A stretch of DNA of 49,362 nucleotides from Candidatus Altiarchaeota archaeon. Lineage in GTDB: Archaea > Altiarchaeota > Altiarchaeia > IMC4 > SCGC-AAA252-I15. The position numbers and the translations under genes are program-made. The stretch spans positions 1 to 49,362 of the forward strand of contig JBDRLL010000035.1 of the NCBI GenBank assembly GCA_043813075.1. The letters run 5' to 3'. Below the pieces are notes generated by a model. The model worked only from the letters and a program-made list of their open reading frames with translations. It searched no databases and was not told the DNA's origin. Below, one piece after another: positions 8,097 through 16,734 of this stretch. The stretch's first letter is position 1, and each line of letters opens with the position of its first letter.

Positions 8097-8873
8097 CTAC
8101 TCCTTACCGAGAGCATGATAGCACTCTTCCCTAACCTTAGGGTCCGCTATCTTACCGCAGACCACTATTTTGTCTGTTTTTTCCGCGAGCCGGGTGAGGC
8201 ATACGTCGTATGGTCCGGGCGACTTACGGTTGCACACCCATATCTCGTGCATAACGTCTTCCACATTCAGCTCCCGGGCTACCTCAAGCTGCTTCCTGCA
8301 GACAGCAGTCTCATTCTCAGTCAAACCTGATTCCCCAGGAATCATGTCGCAATAGGACTTGTCTTTCAACACTCTGGCCAGACAAAGGTGCCTGTCCCGT
8401 CCAGAGCTTATCTCATCGCAGAATGACGCGTTACCAGAGAGCATCGCGTAGTCGGTGTAGCAGTCAGATCGAACACGATAGCTTAGATTCTCACAGTAGA
8501 CTGCGTTCCCGTTGAATAGGCTGACACAGTAGTCCACAACATCGGAATCGGATATCATACTACAATACGACCGGTCCCTGATGGACATACCAGCCTGCAT
8601 GAAGCAGTCATCCCTGTCTTCGGGAGCGGTCTTCCGGGAGCACTTCAAAACCATCCTCCCAGACTCATCCCCCAGGGACAGTATGGTCCGGTAGCAGTCT
8701 TCCATGCGGACTTTATCTTCGATACTGTCACAGACGACAAGGCTGCGGGAACCCACAGCAGACTTCCATAAGCAAGAATCTGAGATATAAGCCAATGGTA
8801 TCCGGTCGCACGGAAGGTACTCCAACATACCGGCGAATAACACTATGAGTAAGAATGTGGCCAGGTGCCGCAT
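8097..8873 (-). CDS. secreted Cys-rich repeat protein
   Basis: Hydrophobic N-terminus and repeated C..I.D...R..CY units. Confidence 0.8.
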   Translation of the reverse strand: MRHLATFLLIVLFAGMLEYLPCDRIPLAYISDSCLWKSAVGSRSLVVCDSIEDKVRMEDCYRTILSLGDESGRMVLKCSRKTAPEDRDDCFMQAGMSIRDRSYCSMISDSDVVDYCVSLFNGNAVYCENLSYRVRSDCYTDYAMLSGNASFCDEISSGRDRHLCLARVLKDKSYCDMIPGESGLTENETAVCRKQLEVARELNVEDVMHEIWVCNRKSPGPYDVCLTRLAEKTDKIVVCGKIADPKVREECYHALGKE

Positions 8874-8933
8874 GTTAGTTATTCTAGAGCAAGCGTAAAA
8901 ATCTGCGCAACAACAGAAGGGACAATATTATTA

Positions 8934-9089
8934 TCATACCTGTTTGTGGAGTATGAGCCCCTGGCTGTCGTAGGGCCGCCGGTAATGGAACCTGGCTTGG
9001 ACTGGCAGCATCCTGCGCGCCGCCATGAAGATAATCCAGGCTAGTGTTGGGGGCAGCAGGGCTGCCATCACATAGTGCAGTTCAGGCAT
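8934..9089 (-). CDS. small membrane protein, 51 aa
   Basis: MPELHYVMAALLPPTLAWIIF...; overlaps the upstream stop by 8 nt; GGGGTGG upstream. Confidence 0.55.
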   Translation of the reverse strand: MPELHYVMAALLPPTLAWIIFMAARRMLPVQARFHYRRPYDSQGLILHKQV

Positions 9090-9354
9090 CCCCAACCACC
9101 CCCTGTACCAAGGGCTTATTGCTAGCTTTGTCGTGCAGGAGGAAGTCGCGAGCGTCCATGCTATTGGCGAAAATCGTCTTTTCACATGCAGGACACTTGA
9201 ACACCTCCTCAACCTCCTCCCAGGGCACATAGTGCTTGTCCACGTAGGTTTTACGGACTTCACCGTTCACCCTGGTGTATATGAAGCGGAACCAGCTGCG
9301 TTCAAACAGCAGGAGGTGCCTCACGTCTGACGCGCAGTACGGGCAAGTTGACAT
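9082..9354 (-). CDS. zinc-ribbon protein
   Basis: CPYC and CPAC pairs; GGAGGTGG ribosome-binding site before the ATG at 9354. Confidence 0.75.
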   Translation of the reverse strand: MSTCPYCASDVRHLLLFERSWFRFIYTRVNGEVRKTYVDKHYVPWEEVEEVFKCPACEKTIFANSMDARDFLLHDKASNKPLVQGVVGDA

Positions 9355-9368
9355 CGAAGCCACCTCCG

Positions 9369-9623
9369 CTAGCGACAACAACATGACCCAAGCCAGACGT
9401 TCAGAGGAGTTATACCCAATATGCCGTTCGAGTGATCGACGACACGAGCCCAACGGCCCCGTGTTATCTTCTCCTTACTCCTAGCGGGGAAATCATCCCC
9501 CAAAATCCTTATGGCCCCCTCCTTCTCCTCGCTCACATGCTCCGTAACACAGCCGATCTCCCCTACAAAATCATCAAGCAAAACAGGCCACAGCTGCTTC
9601 CCAATCTTATCGTCGTCTTTCAT
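9369..9623 (-). CDS. NfeD-like C-terminal OB-fold protein
   Basis: FVGEIGCVTE...GAIRILGDDFPARS..KI..G..ARVVD..G.L.I.P pattern. Confidence 0.65.
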   Translation of the reverse strand: MKDDDKIGKQLWPVLLDDFVGEIGCVTEHVSEEKEGAIRILGDDFPARSKEKITRGRWARVVDHSNGILGITPLNVWLGSCCCR

Positions 9624-9649
9624 CACCAAACCCCCTCACATTATGCTTA

Positions 9650-9829
9650 CTATTGGACTGCCCAATACCCGTCGTCGGTATTCACGACAATCCTGCTGAG
9701 ACACTCGTCCCCGCCACTCACTGAGGACCTACGGCCAACAAACCAACGCAAGGCCAACAGGCCAGCTAAAACGCCGAGACCCCCCGAAAAACCGGACGCC
9801 AAATGCAAAACCCCCGAAACCAAGTCCAT
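9650..9829 (-). CDS. small membrane protein, 59 aa
   Basis: One TM segment; GAGGGGTGA ribosome-binding site. Confidence 0.55.
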   Translation of the reverse strand: MDLVSGVLHLASGFSGGLGVLAGLLALRWFVGRRSSVSGGDECLSRIVVNTDDGYWAVQ

Positions 9830-9843
9830 AATGCTTTCACCCC

Positions 9844-9957
9844 TCATTTTTTGTATATACAACTGCCAAAAGGACAGTTACCTGACGTACAATTATCCAG
9901 AGGACACAATCCAGCAGCCCTAAACCAACCGATTGAGTACTGGTTTCCAATGGCCAT
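9844..9957 (-). CDS. 37-aa Cys-rich peptide (Cx4Cx4Cx4C)
   Basis: MAIGNQYSIGWFRAAGLCPLDNCTSGNCPFGSCIYKK; first ORF after the AT-rich intergenic region; not in the ORF track. Confidence 0.5.
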   Translation of the reverse strand: MAIGNQYSIGWFRAAGLCPLDNCTSGNCPFGSCIYKK

Positions 9958-10145
9958 CTTAACTTTTTGTAAAATTTTACTTTTTCAGTTTTTTCTTTTC
10001 GATTAATTTAATCGAGTTATTTGTTTAAAAGTAAAGAAATTATTTGTAAAAATTAAAAATAATTTATAGAAAATTTTAACAATTAGTATAAAATTATAAC
10101 AAATTGTATAAATTTTTAAAACATTTTACATAATATTTATAAGTT
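9958..10145. promoter_or_regulatory. very AT-rich divergent control region with palindromic motifs
   Basis: Perfect palindrome GTAAAATTTTAC at 9969-9980, with degenerate copies near 10046, 10069, 10086 and 10106. Confidence 0.55.
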
Positions 10146-10814
10146 GTGATAAATGATGATTTATTGGGGGAGATGAAAGACTGGTGGGAGAATAGGTACA
10201 GGAGTGAACAGTTCATATGGGGTGAAGAACCAAGCGAATGCACCAGATCAGTAATCGATTTCTTAAAGGATAGAGGGGTTAAGAGGATATTAGACCTCCC
10301 ATGCGGATATGGGAGGGACTCCATATTCCTGGCAAAAAACGGCTTCGAAGTCATGGGTATTGACAGGTGTGGGGAGGCGATAAAATTGGCTAAAGAATAT
10401 GCCAGGAGAGAGGGATTGGAGATAAGCTTTATTGAAGGAGACGCAACACAACTCGATATGCCTGATGATTCATTTGACGCGATTGTGTCAAATAGATTCC
10501 TCCACCTAGTCTATGAGGATGAATTGCAGGACAAGGTTGCGAAAGAGATGCATAGGGTAATCAGAAAAGACGGTTATCTCGTCCTTGCAACAAGATCCAC
10601 AGAAGACCCGGACTGCAATGAAAAAAACAGTATTGAGGGAAAGGTCCATGAACTGCAGGACAGACGGGGGCATATGATCAGATTCAACACGCATGATGAG
10701 ATAAAATCTGTTTTCAGTCATTTCAAGGAATTGACGATTGAAAAGATGCAGGAACTTGAATCATTAGAAAGAAGGATAAACTGCTCGCTTTTAAGGATTA
10801 TCGCTAGAAAATAG
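10146..10814 (+). CDS. class I SAM-dependent methyltransferase
   Basis: ILDLPCGYGR motif I, GIDRC, GDATQL...DDSFDAIVS, HRVIRKDG. Confidence 0.93.
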   Translation: MINDDLLGEMKDWWENRYRSEQFIWGEEPSECTRSVIDFLKDRGVKRILDLPCGYGRDSIFLAKNGFEVMGIDRCGEAIKLAKEYARREGLEISFIEGDATQLDMPDDSFDAIVSNRFLHLVYEDELQDKVAKEMHRVIRKDGYLVLATRSTEDPDCNEKNSIEGKVHELQDRRGHMIRFNTHDEIKSVFSHFKELTIEKMQELESLERRINCSLLRIIARK

Positions 10815-10834
10815 TATATAGCAGGCCGATAAAC

Positions 10835-11896
10835 ATGCCAAAACAATATGACGCAGCTTTAGTGAACAGTTACGCGTACATGCACACCCATTTCGGAGAA
10901 ATGCTAAGCATATTCTCACACCCAGTGAATTGCGGGATTATGAGGCTTCTAAGCGAAAACAGACAACTTGACGTATCAGACTTCAGGAAAAAATGGGGTA
11001 AGGGCATAAAAAGCTATGTCTTATCCCGCCACCTAAGCTCATTATACGCAAAAAGAATAATCGATAAGAGAGGTAAGATCTACACGCTCACAAACGATTT
11101 ATTCTACTCAAAACTGTTCGAAGCAGCTGAGAAAGTAGTTAAAGTACATTCCAAAGACAACAAGAAGACAACCCCAAACGACGAGTACGTGGCATCTGTG
11201 GCAGAGACGTTCTCCAACATGATATACGATAGGACAACGAACATACTAGTACACATACTACTAAGACACTCCAGAGCATTCAATGAGATAGTAGAGATAT
11301 ACAGGAGCAACCATGAGTACATATCCTCAAATGTCCTGAGGTACCACCTATCAAGGAAAAAATTCAACATTCAGGGGAATGAATTCGAGGTATTCGAATA
11401 CAAGAACAAGGAATACTGCCTTACCCCCGTAGGCAAGGGCTTGCATAAGATTTATGATGACTTCATGGATTCATACATCTCTGCTAACGAGGAGTGGATG
11501 AGGGATGTCTGGTCCAGGCCGGTTAGGGAGTTGGTCAGCGACCGGGTTTCTATGGCGCAGCCTGGCGACAAGTTTTACAAGGTGTTGAGGATGCTGGGCA
11601 AGACAGACTTTGTCATAATAAGGAGCAACACTGTAGAAGGTGTGGTGACCATACAGCACGCCATGAGCCTTATTGGAGGTGTGTTGGAGAAGGAGGGATT
11701 CTGGGGCAGTATGACGGCGAGGGAGGTGATGATACCAGTAACAGACGCGGACATCCTGTCTGGGAGCGAGACTCTCAGAGACATATACAGGAAGAAGGGG
11801 GAATTCACTGAACTATACTATGTCATAGACATGGGAGGAGGCAACTACAACATCCTAGACATCAACAAGGTCTCAAAGATAATGAACAACACGTGA
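10835..11896 (+). CDS. putative transcriptional regulator: two winged-HTH domains plus a CBS-like pair
   Basis: LSRHLSSL..KRII...KIYTLT and LRYHLS...KEYCLTPVGK; C-terminal PVRELV...VEGVVT...MTAREVM. Confidence 0.6.
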   Translation: MPKQYDAALVNSYAYMHTHFGEMLSIFSHPVNCGIMRLLSENRQLDVSDFRKKWGKGIKSYVLSRHLSSLYAKRIIDKRGKIYTLTNDLFYSKLFEAAEKVVKVHSKDNKKTTPNDEYVASVAETFSNMIYDRTTNILVHILLRHSRAFNEIVEIYRSNHEYISSNVLRYHLSRKKFNIQGNEFEVFEYKNKEYCLTPVGKGLHKIYDDFMDSYISANEEWMRDVWSRPVRELVSDRVSMAQPGDKFYKVLRMLGKTDFVIIRSNTVEGVVTIQHAMSLIGGVLEKEGFWGSMTAREVMIPVTDADILSGSETLRDIYRKKGEFTELYYVIDMGGGNYNILDINKVSKIMNNT

Positions 11897-11955
11897 TTTG
11901 TCTTTTTGTCGTTTTTATTGGCTTGTTTTCAATCATTTTACTGGGGTGGTTTATA

Positions 11956-12984
11956 GTGGATTTGACTGTCCGTGAAAGACAGGTCTTGTACGGGCTTGTC
12001 CGATGGCCTGGGTTAAACGATTTTCAGTTGTCTGACACCCTGGATCTTGGACGCAGTACTGTCACCGCCGTCAGGCAGCGCCTGGAGAAGCGAGGGGCAG
12101 TGTCGACTTCACTGATACCTGATTTCGAGCGCATAGGATGCGGGCTATTGACCACACTTTACGGAGAGTTCAAGGGCGCGACAACCCACAGTCTCGATGA
12201 CTTCAGAGTACTTATTCACGAGGGTGTTTCTTCCATATTCTACATGATCAGGGCAGGAGGCCTGCATTTGAGTCTGGGCGCTGCACGGGACCTGAATGAG
12301 GTGGGGGCAGACATCAAGGAGCATCACCGGCTGCACCATGAATCCGGCTTCCTGAGCGACATGCGGCACAACTACGTTTTCTTCCCCCTCAAACACACGC
12401 ACATGCCACGATTCTTCGACTACGCGCCACTTTTGGCCAGCAGCTTCGGTTTCGAGCACAAGGCTGCTGACGAGCCGGAGCGTACTGGCGTGTGGAGGCC
12501 GACGAGCAAGGAGAAGAGCACCCTGCACGCTCTTGTCAGGAATCCTAGAGAGCCGGATGCTTTCGTAGCCTCAGAGGCTGGCGTGAGCAGGCAGACTGTG
12601 AACACGCTTAGGAACAAGTTCTTGGATGAGGGCTTGCTTAGGGTTGTTAGGATTCCTGACGTCTCCCTGCTGGGCTTCAACGTGATGGCGTTCACGCACC
12701 TGCACATGAACCCCCACCATGGAAGGGCGGATAGGAGAGGCCACGTGAAGTCTCTTCTCGAAGACCCTGCGCACGTATTGAAGATTTCAGGAGACCTTGA
12801 GTCCGTGCTACTGTCAGTCCACAGTGATTACGGGGAATTCACTAAGTCGCACCAGAGGATACTGGACTTGTATGGGGGAGACCGGTTCAGCGACAAGCCG
12901 ACAGTACACTTGTTCCCACTCGAACGCACGGAAAACGTGGTGAATCACGATTACGGAAACCTTGTCACACGAGTGATAGCATGA
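11956..12984 (+). CDS. Lrp/AsnC-like regulator with duplicated HTH and effector domains
   Basis: LGRSTVTAVRQRLEKRG...IPDFERIG and VSRQTVNTLRNKFLDEG...IPDVSLLG; GTG start after GGGGTGG. Confidence 0.75.
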   Translation: MDLTVRERQVLYGLVRWPGLNDFQLSDTLDLGRSTVTAVRQRLEKRGAVSTSLIPDFERIGCGLLTTLYGEFKGATTHSLDDFRVLIHEGVSSIFYMIRAGGLHLSLGAARDLNEVGADIKEHHRLHHESGFLSDMRHNYVFFPLKHTHMPRFFDYAPLLASSFGFEHKAADEPERTGVWRPTSKEKSTLHALVRNPREPDAFVASEAGVSRQTVNTLRNKFLDEGLLRVVRIPDVSLLGFNVMAFTHLHMNPHHGRADRRGHVKSLLEDPAHVLKISGDLESVLLSVHSDYGEFTKSHQRILDLYGGDRFSDKPTVHLFPLERTENVVNHDYGNLVTRVIA

Positions 12985-13016
12985 TATATAACCGGTTAAT
13001 CCATGGTATAAACAAG

Positions 13017-14081
13017 ATGAGTGGGAGAATCATAACAGCGTTTTTTCTGGCCTGCCTTCTGGCTTCAACAGCTTCAGCAGCATCCATAAAAGTTGACTCC
13101 ACTCCAAGCGGTGCGGACGTGTACTTCAACGGGGAATTCAGGGGTAACACCCCGCTGACCATAACTAACGTGAACAACGGCGCGTACGCCATAAGGATAG
13201 AGAAGGACGCGTATAGTACAAAGGAGAAGAGTGTCCGAGTCAGGAGGGGGAGGGACAAGAGCATAAGGATAAAGCTGAAGAGGATAGTCAGCGACGCTGA
13301 CATAGTAGTCTACGGGGACACCAGGACAAACCACGACGAACACCGGAAACTCATGAAGATGCTGCTCAACAGCGACCCCGGCACGGTATTCCATACGGGA
13401 GACCTGGTTGAAAACGGCGTCGACCAGTCACATTGGGACACGTTCAACAGCATAATACAGCCTTTAAAGGACAAGGCCTCCATCTACCCGGCGTTAGGCA
13501 ACCACGAGCAGCCGAACGACCCCAACACGCTATACTTTGACCAGTTCAGCCTTCCTGGGAACGAGAGATGGTACAGTGTTGACACGCTGGGGGCAAGGTT
13601 CATCATACTGGACGTCTACTCGGATTATGGGCCAGGCTCCGACCAGTACAGGTGGCTTCAGGACACTCTGGACGACGCGAACAACAACAGGAACATCAAA
13701 TTCCAGATAGTCGTAATGCACATGCCAGTCTTCTCGTCAGGCAACCATTGGAGCGAGACAAAGCCGATTGTGGAAAAACTCGTGCCACTATTCGAGAGGA
13801 AGGGTGTGGACGCCGTCTTCTCAGGACACGACCACGACTACGAGAGGGCAGTCAGAAACAAGGTGACATACGTTGTGGCCGGCGGGGGAGGAGCCCCACT
13901 AAGGCCCAGGGCTATAACCAGCCCCCCAAGCTGGTGGGGTACCGCCAAAAGCATAAAGTTCATGGAAGAACTCAACTTCTGCACCCTGAACATTAAAGAC
14001 AGGAAGATAGATGCAGGAGTCTTCAATGAGAAGGGAGAGAGGATAGACAAGTTCAGGATACGCAGGATAAAGGGGGGCTAA
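13017..14081 (+). CDS. secreted PEGA-domain metallophosphoesterase (purple acid phosphatase-like)
   Basis: Signal peptide; PEGA motif VDSTPSGADVYFNG..RGNTPLTI; calcineurin-like motifs GD, GDLV, GNHE, GHDH. Confidence 0.9.
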   Translation: MSGRIITAFFLACLLASTASAASIKVDSTPSGADVYFNGEFRGNTPLTITNVNNGAYAIRIEKDAYSTKEKSVRVRRGRDKSIRIKLKRIVSDADIVVYGDTRTNHDEHRKLMKMLLNSDPGTVFHTGDLVENGVDQSHWDTFNSIIQPLKDKASIYPALGNHEQPNDPNTLYFDQFSLPGNERWYSVDTLGARFIILDVYSDYGPGSDQYRWLQDTLDDANNNRNIKFQIVVMHMPVFSSGNHWSETKPIVEKLVPLFERKGVDAVFSGHDHDYERAVRNKVTYVVAGGGGAPLRPRAITSPPSWWGTAKSIKFMEELNFCTLNIKDRKIDAGVFNEKGERIDKFRIRRIKGG

Positions 14082-14776
14082 TACTTTTGGATGCTGTAGG
14101 CCTGGAAGACTGGGCTTGAACCCTCCCTCTGCATAAGCTGGCCCTTAGCCAGCACATGATCACCGGCGCCAATGCCGGACAGCGGCACTAACCCCGAATA
14201 CTCGACGTCAAGCGTATTTAACCCTGAGGATATCTGAAGTGACTGGCCATACAGGGGGTATACCGTACCATATATAGTTACGTCAGTGTTGTATGCCCTC
14301 CTGACGAACAGGTCTCCGACACTCATATAGTATGCGACCTTAGGGTTCTTGTCGCACTCGAACGTGCATGACACACAACCTTCAGTGCCGACGCCGCCAA
14401 CGCACTCATCGTTGACATCCGGGTCCGACACCCTCATCCTTCGGGAGTAGGCTAGCTCGCACACTAGCTCCGGATGCTCCTCCCACACCTTGTCCTCCAG
14501 GAGGACGCACGTCTCATCGGGAGTAAGCCTGTCCGTCGCCAGCAAGCCCTGTATGACGGACTTCTTGACAACGGTCTTGGACTCGTCTATTTCCTTGAGG
14601 GTTGTCGTCGTGGGCTCGACAGTAGCCACCGTAGTCGAAGTGGATGTTGTAGTGGTCATCAACGGTATCTCAGGGTAGGTTACGGAAGGCTTCGAGCCGG
14701 TAACCCCGATGTCCTGTGAGCTGATGCACGCGCAAGCCAGGCCCACCGCAAGAATGCAGAGTAAAATAGATTTCAT
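14078..14776 (-). CDS. lipoprotein-like protein with Thr-rich linker and possible C-terminal OB fold
   Basis: LACAC signal end, TTTT linker, VTIYGTV...GDHVLAKG. Confidence 0.7.
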   Translation of the reverse strand: MKSILLCILAVGLACACISSQDIGVTGSKPSVTYPEIPLMTTTTSTSTTVATVEPTTTTLKEIDESKTVVKKSVIQGLLATDRLTPDETCVLLEDKVWEEHPELVCELAYSRRMRVSDPDVNDECVGGVGTEGCVSCTFECDKNPKVAYYMSVGDLFVRRAYNTDVTIYGTVYPLYGQSLQISSGLNTLDVEYSGLVPLSGIGAGDHVLAKGQLMQREGSSPVFQAYSIQKY

Positions 14777-14818
14777 GTTTAGAGTATGTTATTACTTACC
14801 ACACGCTTTTATTAAGCT

Positions 14819-15466
14819 TCAGTCAACCAGGCACTCCCCGCCCTCGCAGCCATGGCCGCATGTATGGTTGATTGAATGCAGTAGCCCCTGAATGTCACAC
14901 CAGTATTCCGAGAGGTTCTCAACGTCCATGCAATAGTCCCGGTACTCATATTCACCACCATGCTCGTCAACCACAAAAACCTTGCCGTAAAGGTATAAGT
15001 CACCGCTGAATGACGTTTCAGTGTCGTTGCACGAGACAACCTCTATAATGCACTGGGCGTCGACGCTGCAGTTGCTTTCACCACGGCCCTTGACTTTAAC
15101 GCACCTCTGGCCCACGCAGATGCGGTGGTATTCAGTGAAATCCATCCCCGGGCTCGTGGTTGTAGTAAGGCGTAACGCCGTCGTCGAAGTGGTCTTGACG
15201 GTTGTTGGTAGACTCACCTGAAACAGGGTTGTGGTCGTGGATGTCGAAGTCCTGATCATTGTCGACGTGACTGTAGTGGACGTCAGGGTTGTGGAACTGG
15301 TTGCTAGTGTAGTGGAAGAAGTTGTGGATGTGATGATGGACGTGGTTGTCGGGCAAGAGTCCGGCGAGGAGGCTGTGCTACCGTCACCACACACGTACAT
15401 TGTCTCCCGTAGTGTAAGACACCCGGACAAGAGCAAAACCGACAGCAACAATGGGATTGATTTCAT
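14819..15466 (-). CDS. Thr/Ser-rich lipoprotein with a Cys-rich C-terminal module
   Basis: LLSGC lipobox-like motif, long Thr tract, DYC....LSEYWC...C..GC..G.C. Confidence 0.75.
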   Translation of the reverse strand: MKSIPLLLSVLLLSGCLTLRETMYVCGDGSTASSPDSCPTTTSIITSTTSSTTLATSSTTLTSTTVTSTMIRTSTSTTTTLFQVSLPTTVKTTSTTALRLTTTTSPGMDFTEYHRICVGQRCVKVKGRGESNCSVDAQCIIEVVSCNDTETSFSGDLYLYGKVFVVDEHGGEYEYRDYCMDVENLSEYWCDIQGLLHSINHTCGHGCEGGECLVD

Positions 15467-15655
15467 ATTATGCGAGGCGCATGAAGTGTTGGATAATATG
15501 TGTAACCACAGGTTAATAGTAGATACGTCGTGATAGTAACAATGGCGGGCCCATCAAAGACCCGGAGAAGGTCTTGCGGGAGATAAGAGGTAACAGCAGA
15601 CTGGACAGCAGGGGCAGGACCAGCCTAGCGGACATACTGCTTTCAGGGCAGGCGA

Positions 15656-16249
15656 TTAGACTAGTTTAGCTGATAGGAACACTTCTATTACTGCGGCAAT
15701 CAACAGCAGGGGCAGGACCACAGTCAGATAAATGAATCCAGAGTCCCTTACACTCTTCTTGAACTCGTTGAACCTGCCTTGAGGAGAGGATTTCAAGATG
15801 CTAACACCCATGCGGAAACCCAGCGCCGCTGAAAGCAGTAGCGCAGGAACCTCGAAGATGCCGTGGAAGAACATGCCCAGGAACACGTTGCCGTAGCCTA
15901 TCCCCCTTTCATGGGCGAGACATGAGACCAATGCAATCACGAAACCATTAACAAAGATTATTCCAGCAGGCAATAATATCGTGACCCCAGATACGACGAC
16001 AATCAGCGTAGCCCAAATATTCCTTAGGAAAACGTTCAATAGAGTTGAGAACTGACTCTCAGAGTATATCCCAGAATACGCGTCAGACACGAGGGATGGG
16101 ACAACAGACCTTATGCTGGAATAGCTGACGAACCCTGAAACAAAGCCGGAGGCCATGAAGGTGAATGCTATCATCAATAGAAGCCGGTTCTCGCATACTC
16201 CATTCAGTATCCTGTTTGAACTGCAAAACCTTTCAAGCTCCTCACTCAT
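15656..16249 (-). CDS. SpoIIM (DUF95)-like membrane protein
   Basis: FLRN, NGFVI, HGIFEVPA and LLIAAVIE motifs; ATGA overlap with the upstream gene. Confidence 0.85.
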   Translation of the reverse strand: MSEELERFCSSNRILNGVCENRLLLMIAFTFMASGFVSGFVSYSSIRSVVPSLVSDAYSGIYSESQFSTLLNVFLRNIWATLIVVVSGVTILLPAGIIFVNGFVIALVSCLAHERGIGYGNVFLGMFFHGIFEVPALLLSAALGFRMGVSILKSSPQGRFNEFKKSVRDSGFIYLTVVLPLLLIAAVIEVFLSAKLV

Positions 16250-16734
16250 CGGAACACACCTCCACACTCAACACACTCGCCCCTTGACATGAGGTTGCCC
16301 AGGCCACATATGCCACAAATCCTGTATTCGAGGCCCCTAGACCTTCCTGACACCCCATTGTATATTGGAGTCAGTAAATCATTGACGTCAGAATATAAAG
16401 AACCAAAAACAGCGCCGACACCAGACAAAAACACGCCGACAACATTCCACAACAGGAGTATCCATGACGCGACCACCAATGCGGTGCGGCTGAGCGAAAA
16501 ATCAAGCCGCAACAAGAAGAGGACGAGCAATGCGAAACCCATGACGCCCGAAGTCACCCCGAGTGACAAGCTTCTCTTAACGCCACCACCATTGAGGAAA
16601 CCCACGAAAAACCCGGACATCAAAGGGCCAAGAATCGGAACCCATACTAGCCCGACATATAACGCCGCTCCTGCAGCCGTTAGGATAGCCTGCCTGAGTT
16701 TACCCCCGATATCCGTCATCAATAATACCTTCAA
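16246..16734 (-). CDS. membrane protein with a C-terminal zinc ribbon
   Basis: Gly-rich TM helices (VPILGPLMSGFFVG), then CGICG...CVECG; alternative start at 16719. Confidence 0.75.
   Translation of the reverse strand: MKVLLMTDIGGKLRQAILTAAGAALYVGLVWVPILGPLMSGFFVGFLNGGGVKRSLSLGVTSGVMGFALLVLFLLRLDFSLSRTALVVASWILLLWNVVGVFLSGVGAVFGSLYSDVNDLLTPIYNGVSGRSRGLEYRICGICGLGNLMSRGECVECGGVFR

Noticed and set aside
9958-10145. Replication origin (AT-rich unwinding element)
   Set aside because: No ORB-like repeats and no cdc6/orc1 nearby; a divergent promoter explains it
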